Source: Acetatifactor sp.
GTDB lineage: Bacteria > Bacillota > Clostridia > Lachnospirales > Lachnospiraceae
Assembly (NCBI GenBank): GCA_045597105.1
Contig: JAZODQ010000127.1
Location: 19-64,018 of the forward strand
Length of the DNA stretch: 64,000 nt
Reading direction: 5' to 3'
A program made the position numbers and the translations under genes. This document shows, in pieces, positions 41,178 to 51,570 of the stretch; the first letter of the stretch is position 1; every line of letters starts with the position of its first letter. The notes under the pieces were generated by a model. It was not told where the DNA came from. It worked only from the letters and a program-made list of their open reading frames with translations, and searched no databases.

Positions 41178-42347
41178 CTAGTACGCACGGTAATTACCGC
41201 TCAGTGCCAACAATGCAAAGATATACAGACAATTATCATAATATCTTCTGTCCCCCTTACGAAGAGGCTCATTCCAAAGACGCTCTACCCACTCTGCTGC
41301 CAGTGCCTTCACAGGGTCACTATCATTCAAAGAAATAGGTCCCGGGACTGCCAGAGCCCCCTGTGCCGTTGCCGCCATCATACCTACGGGATGTAAGGCC
41401 GGCTCTTCGATACGGGTACCGTCAACCTCATAAATCACATAAGGGTTTTCTTTATTAACCACGCCTAACGTATACTGTAAACGCTCTGCTGCCACTCTCT
41501 GTCCTACATCAAGTCCGCACCATTCATAGTCCAGACCGATATTGGCTGCTGTACGATATGCATCGGAATAGAACCAGTTATGGCGATCCTTGGACCACTT
41601 AAGGGGTCTGTTCATGGGAGAACCGTCAAACTCTGCATATTCGGAGTTCATACCGCTTACAGGATGGCAGGCTTTTGCCAGAAACTCTCGGCTGACCTTT
41701 GCAGCCTCTGCCCAGAAAGGTCTGTCTTCCTCGTATGCCCACTGTGCAAACAGCTCATAAAAGTGAGGCAGATGATAGGACGGGTCCGTATAATCCACGC
41801 CGGGCACGAAAAGAATCTGTTTATTCTCCAAATTCCACATAGGGGTACCAATTCTGTCTCCCTGACCTTTATGTAAACATGCTCTCAGAATTTCCTGCGC
41901 TTCATGAGAATAATTAAATACGCCTTCGCCGTCTCCCCATCTGTGGGATGCAAAGAAAAGAGCCATGGCAAAGAATTCCTCACCGTCCGGTGCAGGACCA
42001 TATGCATTCTTAGTTCCGTCCGTCTGACAGGACCATGCAAAATACCCCTCATGATACCCTTCCGTCATATACATATAGGTCTTTACCCATTTCCAGATAC
42101 GGTCAAATTCTTCCTTCATATCCATCTGTACACACATCATCATACCATAGGACATACCCTCTGTTCTGGCATCATGATTGCCTGTATCTTCCATATATCC
42201 CATATCTTCACCGGATGTAAAATATACACGGTCTTCACCATAGAAAAAATCATGTACCGCATTTTTCAGCTTTTCCTGAATCTCGGCCTCTGATTTACCG
42301 ATTTCAGCAAAAACATTCCGATAATTCCCCATCTTTACGTTACTCAT
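41178..42347 (-). CDS. GH8 reducing-end xylose-releasing exo-oligoxylanase (Rex)
   Basis: DARTEGMSYGM, PAPDGEE, TDPSYHLPHFY, SDAYR, ALHPVG, RYYDNCLY; no signal peptide. Confidence 0.88.
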   Translation of the reverse strand: MSNVKMGNYRNVFAEIGKSEAEIQEKLKNAVHDFFYGEDRVYFTSGEDMGYMEDTGNHDARTEGMSYGMMMCVQMDMKEEFDRIWKWVKTYMYMTEGYHEGYFAWSCQTDGTKNAYGPAPDGEEFFAMALFFASHRWGDGEGVFNYSHEAQEILRACLHKGQGDRIGTPMWNLENKQILFVPGVDYTDPSYHLPHFYELFAQWAYEEDRPFWAEAAKVSREFLAKACHPVSGMNSEYAEFDGSPMNRPLKWSKDRHNWFYSDAYRTAANIGLDYEWCGLDVGQRVAAERLQYTLGVVNKENPYVIYEVDGTRIEEPALHPVGMMAATAQGALAVPGPISLNDSDPVKALAAEWVERLWNEPLRKGDRRYYDNCLYIFALLALSGNYRAY

Positions 42348-42497
42348 TCCAATACCTCCTAAGCATACACTTCTCTCATTATAAAAACGAAAGACCTTGT
42401 ATTAACTATAAAATATACCATCTGAAAACTCTTCCTAAAATATGCTGATTTATACTCAATTATTGCCAAAAAACGAGGACAAAAAAAGCAAGCAGAA

Positions 42498-43868
42498 CTA
42501 ATTCACACTTGCTTTATCAGAAAACACAATACAATATTCCGTACCTTTACCGGGTTCACTGTGAAGCTCCATCCTTGCTTCATGTTTGGATATAATATGC
42601 TTTACAATTGCCAGTCCAAGTCCTGTGCCTCCGGTGGATTTTGACCGGCTCTTATCCACCCTGTAGAAGCGCTCAAAGATTCTCTCCTGATGCTCCTTGG
42701 GAATACCGATACCGGTATCTTTTACCCGCAGCACCACGCCTTCTTCGCTGTTTTTTACACTGACAAGTACACTGCCGTCCTCATTATTGTAACGGATTGC
42801 ATTATCACAAAGATTATACAGCACTTCTTCCAGCATTTGCCTGTTACCGTTTACATAAGCCTCTTCGCCTTCCAACATGATATGCACCTTGTGCTTTTCC
42901 GCATTCATGCCAAGCATATCCACACAGGTCTCTGCAAGGGCGTACAGATTGACACGCTCCGTTACCATCTGTTCTTCTCTGCCATCCAGCTCAGACAATC
43001 GTATAATATCATTAATGAGCGTAAGCAAACGATTGGAACTCTTACGAATACCATGGGCAAACCTGGTTACATCCGCTTCCGATGCCATGCCTGTCTCGAT
43101 CAGCTCCGCATAACCGGATATGGAAGTCAGTGGTGTTTTTAGCTCATGGGACACATTCGCCGTAAACTCCTGACGCATTTTAGCATTTTTCATAATATTT
43201 TCATGCTGGTCCCTGATTGTGTCAATAAAAGGCTGTAACTCCATGTAGCTCGAAACTTCTTCCGCATTATCCCAATTTTCTGCCAGCCTGTCTATGGGTG
43301 CAATCAGCTTAGCCGTCATAAAATGCACAATACTCATGCAAACTATAATCAGTATTACGATTACCAGCACCAGACTGGGAATGGCCGATACAAATATACT
43401 GAAAATGCTGCCGGCTTCCTTACTGATACGTAATACATTCCCGTCACTTAACAGCAGGGCATAATAGTAGGTATTCTCAGCCAAAGTCTCAGAATGACGA
43501 ACCGACCTACCCTCACCTTCTGCATATGCCTGAACGATCTCCGGCCTGAGTCCGTGATTGTCCATAGTAACACTGTCTGCATGACTGTCATAGAGCACCT
43601 TACCCAGGGTGTTTACAATCGTAACACGCAGTTCATCCGTTAAAATACGGTCAGAAAATTGCCCGGATTCTTCTGTAAATACAGCAGAATCCACCACATC
43701 CTCTATCTCTGTCTCAACATAATATTTAAGCAGGCGGGAAACTGTATGTAGTTCCTCCATAACCTGCTTTTCATACAAATCATGATATACAATTGTAATC
43801 AGTAATGTGGTAAATAGAATGGCGAGTACCGCTATAGATACCAGCATACGATTCAATCTTTTTTTCAT
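42498..43868 (-). CDS. phoR: PhoR-like sensor histidine kinase
   Basis: NVSHELKTPLTSI, NLCDNAIRYN, FERFYRVDKSRS, GGTGLGL; within pst locus. Confidence 0.88.
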   Translation of the reverse strand: MKKRLNRMLVSIAVLAILFTTLLITIVYHDLYEKQVMEELHTVSRLLKYYVETEIEDVVDSAVFTEESGQFSDRILTDELRVTIVNTLGKVLYDSHADSVTMDNHGLRPEIVQAYAEGEGRSVRHSETLAENTYYYALLLSDGNVLRISKEAGSIFSIFVSAIPSLVLVIVILIIVCMSIVHFMTAKLIAPIDRLAENWDNAEEVSSYMELQPFIDTIRDQHENIMKNAKMRQEFTANVSHELKTPLTSISGYAELIETGMASEADVTRFAHGIRKSSNRLLTLINDIIRLSELDGREEQMVTERVNLYALAETCVDMLGMNAEKHKVHIMLEGEEAYVNGNRQMLEEVLYNLCDNAIRYNNEDGSVLVSVKNSEEGVVLRVKDTGIGIPKEHQERIFERFYRVDKSRSKSTGGTGLGLAIVKHIISKHEARMELHSEPGKGTEYCIVFSDKASVN

Positions 43869-43923
43869 AACACTCTCCATTCCTGCGCCGAAAATGAGGT
43901 ACAGACACAAATTGGGAATCACA

Positions 43924-44607
43924 CTAACTATTCATGATATAGCCTACGTTTCGAACCGTTTTTATCAAACTGCCTTCTTCCTTTAACTTCTGTCGCAGGG
44001 TTTTGATATGCATATCCAGGGTCCTGGACTCGCCTTCAAAATCAGTTCCCCAGACCCGGTCCAGTATCACCTCTCTGGTAGTAACAATTCCCGCATTGGT
44101 CATCAGTAGCTTAAGCAACTGATATTCCTTATAGGTCAGCTCGCAGGGCTGTCCGTTCACAGTCACTGCGTGCTTCTCCGTATTTAATTCAATATTTCCC
44201 AGCCTGAAAATCTTATCCCTGTCCTCAGGTTTGACACTTCTGCGCAGCATGGCTTTTACTCTGGATATCAATTCCATAACACCAAAGGGCTTGGTCATGT
44301 AATCATCTGCACCGATATCCAATCCTTTCACCTTATCCATTTCTGTTGTTTTGGCTGTAACCATGATAATCGGCACAAGCACAGTATCCTTACGCAGCCT
44401 GAGCTTCTTAACAATGGCAAGTCCGTCTTCATCCGGCAGCATCACATCGAGAAGGACCAAATCAGGCACCTTGCGCTCCAGCTCTGCATAAAACTCTGCC
44501 GCAGTGGTAAACCCTTTTACCTCATAACCCACATTTGTGAGTGCGAAGGTCTCTATCTCCTGTATATTTTTATCATCCTCAACAACATAAATCAAAGACA
44601 TCTGCAT
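43924..44607 (-). CDS. phoP: PhoP/PhoB-like response regulator
   Basis: OmpR-family receiver plus winged helix (SRTLDMHIKTLRQKL, TVRNVGY). Confidence 0.88.
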   Translation of the reverse strand: MQMSLIYVVEDDKNIQEIETFALTNVGYEVKGFTTAAEFYAELERKVPDLVLLDVMLPDEDGLAIVKKLRLRKDTVLVPIIMVTAKTTEMDKVKGLDIGADDYMTKPFGVMELISRVKAMLRRSVKPEDRDKIFRLGNIELNTEKHAVTVNGQPCELTYKEYQLLKLLMTNAGIVTTREVILDRVWGTDFEGESRTLDMHIKTLRQKLKEEGSLIKTVRNVGYIMNS

Positions 44608-44684
44608 TTCCTTCTTTCAGCCCTATCAAACAGGGTGCTGCATTTACATAACTTTTCAGCCCCCAAAACAAAGCGCCCGGTTGC

Positions 44685-46451
44685 TTAGGGAAGCTGGTAA
44701 CGCTCCTTGTATGCCAGAACCTTACCCTTAAAGTCCAGATTATCCTCCTGCTTCAACTCACCTAAATAAGCATGGGGATCATATTCCTCTTCATTTGCCT
44801 GCAGCAGACATACTGCAATATTAGAGCAATGGTCGGATACTCTCTCCATATTGGTGGTAATGTCGGACAAAATAAATCCCAGCTCAATGGTACATTTGCC
44901 CTTGCGGAGTCTGTTTACATGCTTCTGCTTAATTTCCTGATTCAAAGTATCAATAACATCTTCCAAAGGTTCTACATTTGCAGCCAGTTTCAAATCCACC
45001 TCAGCAAAGCTGAGCATGGTCATCTTTAAAATATCGTGCACTGCTGCCTTTAACACTTCAAGCTCCTGCTGCGCCTTCTCAGAGAAAGTCAATTGCTTCT
45101 CAAACATCTCCTGTGCAGCCTCTTTTAAATTACGTGCATGATCGGAAATACGCTCGAAATCGCCTATACAATGTAAAATGGTATTCATGGTCTGGCTGTC
45201 ACGCTCGGACAAATCCTTGCTGCTGACCTTCATCAGATAATTACCCAGATGATCCTCAAAACGGTCTACTTCACTTTCCAGTTCCACTACGCGCTCAGCC
45301 TTCTCTTCTGTATATGCACTAAACAAATCCAGTGACAGATTCAAAGCCTCTTCTGCCTTTTGTGACATGGTCACTGCAACACTGCGACACTGCTCTACTG
45401 CCAGAGAGGGCATGTCCAGGAAACGTGCGTCCAAAAGATGTAACGCCTTGTCGTCTTCAAAAGTCTCTGCCTCAACCTCGTCCTTCACTGTCAAAGTTGC
45501 CAGTTTCACCAAACCTTTAGAGAAAGGTAACAAGCATAATGTAGCAACTACGTTAAAAATACTGTGAACCGCAGCAATTCCCCATGCATCTGCCGCTTCA
45601 TTCAAAAATGCAAAGGGTACAACTGCATTGATGGCATAAAATGCAACCATAAACAAAACGGTACCGATAATATTAAAATACAAATGCACCAAAGCTGCTC
45701 TCTTTGCATTCTTAGCCGCACCGATACCGGAAAGCATTGCGGTTACACAGGTACCGATATTCTGACCCATGATAATGGGAATCGCAGCACCAAAACTTAC
45801 TGCGCCGGTAGCACATAATGCCTGCAAAATACCTACGGATGCAGAGGAAGACTGAATTACCGCAGTCAGAATCACACCTGCCAGCATACCCAGAATAGGA
45901 TGGGAGAATTTGGTCAGAATGCTGGTAAATTCAGGTACATCACGCAGAGGCTTTACTGCATCACTCATGGTATCCATACCAAACATTAAAATAGCAAATC
46001 CTATTAAAATCATCGCCGCATTTTTCAGCTTTTCCTTCTTGGAAAACATCAAAAATGAAATACCGATAATCGCCAATATGGGTGAAAATGAGGAAGGTTT
46101 TAACAGTTTAACAAAGAAACTGGAACTGTCGATTCCCGACAAACCCAGAATCCAGGATGTAATTGTAGTACCTATGTTTGCACCCATGATGATGCCCACT
46201 GCCTGTTGCAGCTTCATAATACCGGAGTTAACAAAACCTACTACCATAACCGTTGTAGCAGATGAAGACTGAATTACTGCAGTCACTCCTGCACCAAGTA
46301 CAACCGCCTTTAGGGGGGTATTTGTCAATTTTTCCAATAACATCTCCAGACGTCCACCGGATGCCTTGGATAAACCATCGCCCATTAAATTCATACCATA
46401 AAGAAAAAGGGCCAATCCGCCTATCATGTTTAAAATACCAAAAAAGTCCAT
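44685..46451 (-). CDS. Na/Pi cotransporter with PhoU domains
   Basis: Two QSSSA repeats with GANIGT/GQNIGT; C-terminal ERISDH/ERVSDH. Confidence 0.92.
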   Translation of the reverse strand: MDFFGILNMIGGLALFLYGMNLMGDGLSKASGGRLEMLLEKLTNTPLKAVVLGAGVTAVIQSSSATTVMVVGFVNSGIMKLQQAVGIIMGANIGTTITSWILGLSGIDSSSFFVKLLKPSSFSPILAIIGISFLMFSKKEKLKNAAMILIGFAILMFGMDTMSDAVKPLRDVPEFTSILTKFSHPILGMLAGVILTAVIQSSSASVGILQALCATGAVSFGAAIPIIMGQNIGTCVTAMLSGIGAAKNAKRAALVHLYFNIIGTVLFMVAFYAINAVVPFAFLNEAADAWGIAAVHSIFNVVATLCLLPFSKGLVKLATLTVKDEVEAETFEDDKALHLLDARFLDMPSLAVEQCRSVAVTMSQKAEEALNLSLDLFSAYTEEKAERVVELESEVDRFEDHLGNYLMKVSSKDLSERDSQTMNTILHCIGDFERISDHARNLKEAAQEMFEKQLTFSEKAQQELEVLKAAVHDILKMTMLSFAEVDLKLAANVEPLEDVIDTLNQEIKQKHVNRLRKGKCTIELGFILSDITTNMERVSDHCSNIAVCLLQANEEEYDPHAYLGELKQEDNLDFKGKVLAYKERYQLP

Positions 46452-46501
46452 AATAACGCCTCTCTTTTCCACATTATTTTACTATTTCTTTTACATCATA
46501 A

Positions 46502-46548
46502 ATTATACATGTAAAATATAAAATCGCGCAATGTAAAATTTAAGTAAA
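46502..46548 (-). promoter_or_regulatory. Pho-box-like repeats and -10 upstream of the Na/Pi gene
   Basis: TTTACT, TTTACA, TTTACA in 11/22-bp phase followed by TATAAT. Confidence 0.55.
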
Positions 46549-46585
46549 ATCGAGAAATTGCGTGCACTCTCTTGCCATCTTTTCA

Positions 46586-47251
46586 TTAATACAGTCGAAA
46601 ACCCTGCATATCGCCGGTCTGTCTGAACTTGGTCCATTCTCCTATATTAACGGCATGATCTCCGATTTTCTCCAAATACTTAGCCAGCATCAGATAATCC
46701 ACAATATCATCCGCACCCAAATCCTGATTGCGGATAGCATCCATCATTGCATTCTTAATTTCGTTAAACAGATCATCGATTACATCATCCACGGCTATTA
46801 CCTGTTCAGCCACAGGGATATCACATTGCACAAAGGCCTTTATGGCGCTATGCAGCATTTTCCCGGTCTCTTCCAGCATCAACTGAAGCTTCTGCTCATA
46901 AACAGTTTCCGTGGAGCGCTTGCCCATACACAGAAAAAGCTCTGCCATATCTGCCACATGATCACCGATGCGCTCAATATCCGTTACCACCTTTAATGCC
47001 GCAGATATGGTACGCAAATCCCGGGCTACCGGCTGCTCCTTGGTCACCAGATACAGGCATTTTGCTTCAATACTTCTTTGCATATCTATAATCTGTCTGT
47101 CAACATCCAATAACTGCTTTAATATATGCTCTTCCTCTTTATTGGCAGCACTTACCAGCTTATTATAGCTGCCTTCCACACGCTGTCCCATTTCAGTCAA
47201 CTCAATCTTCAGGTCTTCCAGTTCCTGTTCGAAAATTATCCTTGGTGTCAT
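46586..47251 (-). CDS. phoU: Phosphate signalling protein PhoU
   Basis: QPVARDLR, DIERIGDH, YLEKIGDHAVNIGEW. Confidence 0.95.
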   Translation of the reverse strand: MTPRIIFEQELEDLKIELTEMGQRVEGSYNKLVSAANKEEEHILKQLLDVDRQIIDMQRSIEAKCLYLVTKEQPVARDLRTISAALKVVTDIERIGDHVADMAELFLCMGKRSTETVYEQKLQLMLEETGKMLHSAIKAFVQCDIPVAEQVIAVDDVIDDLFNEIKNAMMDAIRNQDLGADDIVDYLMLAKYLEKIGDHAVNIGEWTKFRQTGDMQGFRLY

Positions 47252-47274
47252 TTTCCCGTTCTTCCTTTCCTTCA

Positions 47275-48033
47275 TTAACCAAACCTGCCTGTGATATAGT
47301 CTTCCGTCCGCTTATCCTTTGGTCTGGAAAACAGCTCCTTGGTACTGCCGAATTCCACTGCCTCTCCCACCAAAAAGAAAGCTGTATCGTCGGAGACACG
47401 TGCCGCCTGCTGCATATTATGCGTCACGATGACTACTGTGTACTTCTGCTTCAGACTTTCCATCAATTCCTCTATCTTCAGTGTGGAAATAGGGTCAAGT
47501 GCACTTGTAGGCTCATCCATAAGGAGCACCTGGGGCTCCACTGCCAGTGCACGGGCAATACACAGTCTTTGCTGCTGTCCGCCGGATAACCCCAATGCTG
47601 ATTTCTTCAGTCTGTCCTTTACCTCATCAAAAATTGCTGCATCCCGCAGTGCATTTTCTACGATTTCATCCAGCTGTGTTTTATTTTTGATGCCATGGAT
47701 ACGGGGACCGTAGGCAATATTGTCGTAAATACTCATAGGAAAAGGATTGGGCTGCTGAAATACCATGCCCACCTTTTTTCTGAGCAAAGTGGTATCCACG
47801 CCCTTCGCATAGATATCTTCGCCGTCCAGATATATTTTTCCGTCTATTTTTACATTCTCCACCAAATCATTCATGCGATTCATACATTTCAAAAAGGTGG
47901 ATTTCCCACATCCGGAAGGACCGATAAAGGCTGTAATATTTTTTTCCTTTATCTCCATACTAATGTCCTTCAGGGCATGATTGGTGCCATAAAATAAATT
48001 TAAATGTTCTACCGAAATCTTACTTTCTACCAT
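47275..48033 (-). CDS. pstB: Phosphate ABC transporter ATPase
   Basis: [31 protein letters not shown]. Confidence 0.97.
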   Translation of the reverse strand: MVESKISVEHLNLFYGTNHALKDISMEIKEKNITAFIGPSGCGKSTFLKCMNRMNDLVENVKIDGKIYLDGEDIYAKGVDTTLLRKKVGMVFQQPNPFPMSIYDNIAYGPRIHGIKNKTQLDEIVENALRDAAIFDEVKDRLKKSALGLSGGQQQRLCIARALAVEPQVLLMDEPTSALDPISTLKIEELMESLKQKYTVVIVTHNMQQAARVSDDTAFFLVGEAVEFGSTKELFSRPKDKRTEDYITGRFG

Positions 48034-48073
48034 TCTCTTTTTTATCTTCCTTCCGCTTCCTCTGCCGCAGCTC

Positions 48074-48964
48074 CTATTTGATTCTGCGCAGTCTGTTTGC
48101 TATCACCTTGGTGAGCAGGTTCATAATCAGCACAATCAGCAGTAATACACATCCGATACCGAATGCAGTCTCATATTCTCCGTTCTGCATCTGCAAATAA
48201 AGTTCAATGGACAAGGTACCGCCGGGCTCTACTATCTTATCCCAGAGTTTGCCCAGGTTGTTCATGATATTGTTTCCGAAACGGGGCAGTAAATCTGCAC
48301 TTCCCGCCGTGAAAAGCAGTGCTGCTGATTCCCCTACGATTCTACCCATTGCCAGTATGACTCCGGTAACGATACCGGGCATTGCACTGGGCAATAAAAT
48401 CGTACGAATCATGTACCACTTATTTGCCCCCATTCCCAGCGCTCCATGACGATAGCTGTCAGGTACGGTACGCAGCGCTTCCTGGGTATTACGGGTTATC
48501 AGTGGCAGCACCATGATACTCATGGTCAGCGCACCTGTCAAAATCGAGTAGCCCAGTCCCAATGTTCCATTAAAGAATATCAAACCAAACAAACCAAATA
48601 TGATGGATGGAATACCGGACAGGGTTTCCGTGGTAAACTCAATCAGATTTACAAGCTTACCGGGTTTTGCATATTCATTGAGGTAAATAGCAGTTCCCAC
48701 GCCGATGGGGGTGGCGATTAACAAAGTAATCACTATCATATACAATGTATTTACAATATTTCCGGCAATACCCACTGTCTGTTTGCGGGCACTGCTGACT
48801 GTAGTCAGAAAAGTCCAGTTCACCTGGCGGATACCCTTTACAAATACGAATCCTATCATACCAAGCAAAATCACTACAGCCAGAAAGGCAGCCAGATATA
48901 TCAAATATAACAGCAGCATATCGCTTACTCTGCTCTTACGTTTCATAACGGAGTCTTTATTCAT
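48074..48964 (-). CDS. pstA: Phosphate ABC transporter permease PstA
   Basis: [29 protein letters not shown]. Confidence 0.95.
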   Translation of the reverse strand: MNKDSVMKRKSRVSDMLLLYLIYLAAFLAVVILLGMIGFVFVKGIRQVNWTFLTTVSSARKQTVGIAGNIVNTLYMIVITLLIATPIGVGTAIYLNEYAKPGKLVNLIEFTTETLSGIPSIIFGLFGLIFFNGTLGLGYSILTGALTMSIMVLPLITRNTQEALRTVPDSYRHGALGMGANKWYMIRTILLPSAMPGIVTGVILAMGRIVGESAALLFTAGSADLLPRFGNNIMNNLGKLWDKIVEPGGTLSIELYLQMQNGEYETAFGIGCVLLLIVLIMNLLTKVIANRLRRIK

Positions 48965-49895
48965 TACTAGCTGCTCCCTTCTTTAATATCCTGTTTAGGC
49001 CGATATTAATTACCATAATAAATACAAAGAGAACCAGTCCGATTGTAAACAGCACCTGTCTGTGCAGGCCTTCTGCATAGCCCATTTCACTGACAATTGC
49101 CGTAGTCAGGAATCGCACGGAATTGAAAGGCAGAGGCAGATTTACACTGCTTCCCGATACCAGTGTGATAGCCATGGCTTCACCTATGGCACGACCTACA
49201 CCCAGCACCACCGCCGTCACTATGCCTGATTTTGCCGCAGGCAATATGGTTTTGAATATTGTTTGTATATGGGAAGCTCCCAGTGCCAGTGATGCGGATT
49301 TTATTCCCGGATGTACCGCTCTGATAGCAGTTTCCGATATATTAATGACTGTGGGCAGTATCATCACCGCCAACACAATAACTGCTGACAATAAGTTAGA
49401 GCCCCCGGTGAACTGGTGCGTCTCTGAATCCTGAAAAATCCACATTTCCAGCTTAAACATAATGGGATTTAATATGTATATACCCAAAAGTCCGTAAATA
49501 ACGGAGGGAATGCCCGCAAGCAATTCTACTGCAGGCTTTACAACTGCAGCCAAAGGTTTGGGTGCTACTTCTGCCATAAACACGGCTGTCAAGACCCCTA
49601 TGGGAACTCCCAGCAGGATTGCCAGCAAAGTTCCTACAATGGATGTAAGTACCACGTACAAAATACCAAACTGCGGCTCTGTGGCCGTGGGTTTCCAGGT
49701 GGTACTGAAAAGCACTTCCTTCAGTCCCACTTCAAAAATCGCAGGCGTACCACTGATAATCATATACAAAGTGATGGATGCCACCACAATCACTGCAAAC
49801 AGTGCACAGACTGTAAATATAGTCTGTGCAACTGCTTCCACTGCCTCTTTCCTTCCGGTGTCTTTCATCACGGACGAAACTGTTTCTTTTTTCAT
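48957..49895 (-). CDS. pstC: Phosphate ABC transporter permease PstC
   Basis: ELLAGIPSVIYGL, GRAIGEAMA. Confidence 0.95.
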   Translation of the reverse strand: MKKETVSSVMKDTGRKEAVEAVAQTIFTVCALFAVIVVASITLYMIISGTPAIFEVGLKEVLFSTTWKPTATEPQFGILYVVLTSIVGTLLAILLGVPIGVLTAVFMAEVAPKPLAAVVKPAVELLAGIPSVIYGLLGIYILNPIMFKLEMWIFQDSETHQFTGGSNLLSAVIVLAVMILPTVINISETAIRAVHPGIKSASLALGASHIQTIFKTILPAAKSGIVTAVVLGVGRAIGEAMAITLVSGSSVNLPLPFNSVRFLTTAIVSEMGYAEGLHRQVLFTIGLVLFVFIMVINIGLNRILKKGAASNE

Positions 49896-49940
49896 TATCG
49901 CCTATTCCTATTTTCCTATTTAATGATTTTCACACTTTCC

Positions 49941-50837
49941 TTATTCTACAGTTATCAATCCTACAGATGCTGCAATATCCTGTCCTTCATCACCCAAAAC
50001 ATACGCAAACCATTCCTGTACCAGTGCATTCTGCTCGGAAATCTCGCCCTTAGTAGCCATTACAAAAGGTCTGCTAAGGAAATAATTTCCTGCCTTTACA
50101 TTATCGGTAGTTGCGGCTACGCCTTCCAAAGCAAGTGCCTTAATGCTGTCATCTACGGAATCCATGGAAATATAACCGATTGCACCGGGAGTAGAACCAA
50201 CCTTTGCCTTTACAGCTCCCGTACTATCCAGCTCATTTACATATGCACAAACATCTTCTACACCCAGAATTTCTTCAAAGGCGCCTCTGGTACCGGAACC
50301 TGCCTCACGACCGATTACTATGATAGGCGCATCCTGGCCCCCCACCTGGCTCCAATTGATTATTTCACCGGTATAAATCTTTGTTAACTGCTCTTTAGTC
50401 AAACCGTCAACTGTGTTATTGTTATCAACACATACCGCAATACCATCAATGGCCACGATATTTTCTACAGCGCCGTCAGCCTTTTCCTGCTCCTTTAAGT
50501 TTCTGGAGGAATTGCCGATATCAGAGGTTCCGCCAAGTACAGCCTCGATTCCTGCAGAAGAACCTACATACTCTACGGATACGGTAATATCAGGATATTT
50601 CTCCATAAAGCCTTCTGCCAATGCAGAGGAAAGCTTCTCCATAGAGGTACTTCCCACCAGCTGAATCTTACCGGACAGCTCTACATTTGTTTCCACAGAA
50701 CCACTGTTTGCAGAATTATTATATACAGAACCGTTATCTGCATGATTACTGCTCTGCGCGCCGCATCCGGTCATCATTCCCATTGCTAATACACATGCAC
50801 CTAAAATTGTCATCAGTTTCATACTTTTCTTTTTCAT
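49941..50837 (-). CDS. pstS: Phosphate-binding lipoprotein PstS
   Basis: Lipobox MTGC, GSTS, DIGNSSR, REAGSGTRGAF. Confidence 0.95.
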   Translation of the reverse strand: MKKKSMKLMTILGACVLAMGMMTGCGAQSSNHADNGSVYNNSANSGSVETNVELSGKIQLVGSTSMEKLSSALAEGFMEKYPDITVSVEYVGSSAGIEAVLGGTSDIGNSSRNLKEQEKADGAVENIVAIDGIAVCVDNNNTVDGLTKEQLTKIYTGEIINWSQVGGQDAPIIVIGREAGSGTRGAFEEILGVEDVCAYVNELDSTGAVKAKVGSTPGAIGYISMDSVDDSIKALALEGVAATTDNVKAGNYFLSRPFVMATKGEISEQNALVQEWFAYVLGDEGQDIAASVGLITVE

Positions 50838-50889
50838 TTTTTCTCCTCCGAAAATACATCATTTTTCTATTTCGTTTCCTTACGCATTT

Positions 50890-50966
50890 ATCCTATCAGT
50901 CCAATGTAAAATCTAATATCTCATATAAGTGATTTTTGAGATAAGATTAGGTAATTTTTATGTAAA
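50890..50966 (-). promoter_or_regulatory. Pho-box-like repeats/promoter of pstS overlapping a hairpin
   Basis: TTTACA-N5-ATTACC; TTTACA-N9-TAGGAT; inverted repeat AATCTTATCTCA...TGAGATATTAGATT. Confidence 0.4.
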
Positions 50967-50967
50967 A

Positions 50968-51495
50968 TTACCCTATCGTCTCCAGGATGCCATCTGCGAT
51001 AGCCTGTGCCGTTGCATTGAAATTCGCATCCAAAAAATCATTATCCCTGTCTGTATTAATAAATCCGATTTCCAGCAAAACTGCAGGCATATTGGTACTA
51101 TTAAGCACCACCAGATTGGTCCGTTCATTCACGCCCAGATTGGTCCAGCCCACCTGCTGCAGCTGCTCATTGATATTCTCTGCCAGTCTTCCCGCTTCAC
51201 TATTTTCATTGTAAACCAGGGTTTCGATACCTGAATACTGATTCGGATAAGGACTGGAATTGCGATGAATGGAAACAAAATAGTCCGCTCCCGTAGCATT
51301 TGCCTCCATGGCCTTCTGGTAAGGAGACTCATAGATATCCGAAACACGGGTAAAATATACCTCCACCCCTCTTCCCTGCAGAATTCCTCCCACATCAAAT
51401 ACCAAATTCAAAACATCATCCTTTTCCTGCCGTCCCTGATACACGGCCCCGGGATTAATACCTCCATGACCTGCATCTAATACAACTAAAGCCAT
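50968..51495 (-). CDS. N-acetylmuramoyl-L-alanine amidase (Amidase_3, catalytic domain only)
   Basis: LDAGHGG, EKD, FVSIHRN, PAVLLEIGFI; no signal peptide. Confidence 0.92.
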   Translation of the reverse strand: MALVVLDAGHGGINPGAVYQGRQEKDDVLNLVFDVGGILQGRGVEVYFTRVSDIYESPYQKAMEANATGADYFVSIHRNSSPYPNQYSGIETLVYNENSEAGRLAENINEQLQQVGWTNLGVNERTNLVVLNSTNMPAVLLEIGFINTDRDNDFLDANFNATAQAIADGILETIG

Positions 51496-51501
51496 AAAAA
51501 T

Positions 51502-51548
51502 ACCCCAACGCATTTTTTATATGATATGCGTTGGGGTGTAAAATGTGT
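51502..51548 (-). promoter_or_regulatory. SigK-type promoter overlapping a 12-bp inverted repeat
   Basis: AC-N16-CATAtcaTA; ACCCCAACGCAT...ATGCGTTGGGGT. Confidence 0.5.
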
Positions 51549-51570
51549 TACTATTCTGTTTTTCTTGGTT

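Noticed and set aside
44614-44680. Imperfect direct repeat TTTCAGCCC...AAACA upstream of phoP
   Set aside because: Two short degenerate copies; most simply a local duplication.
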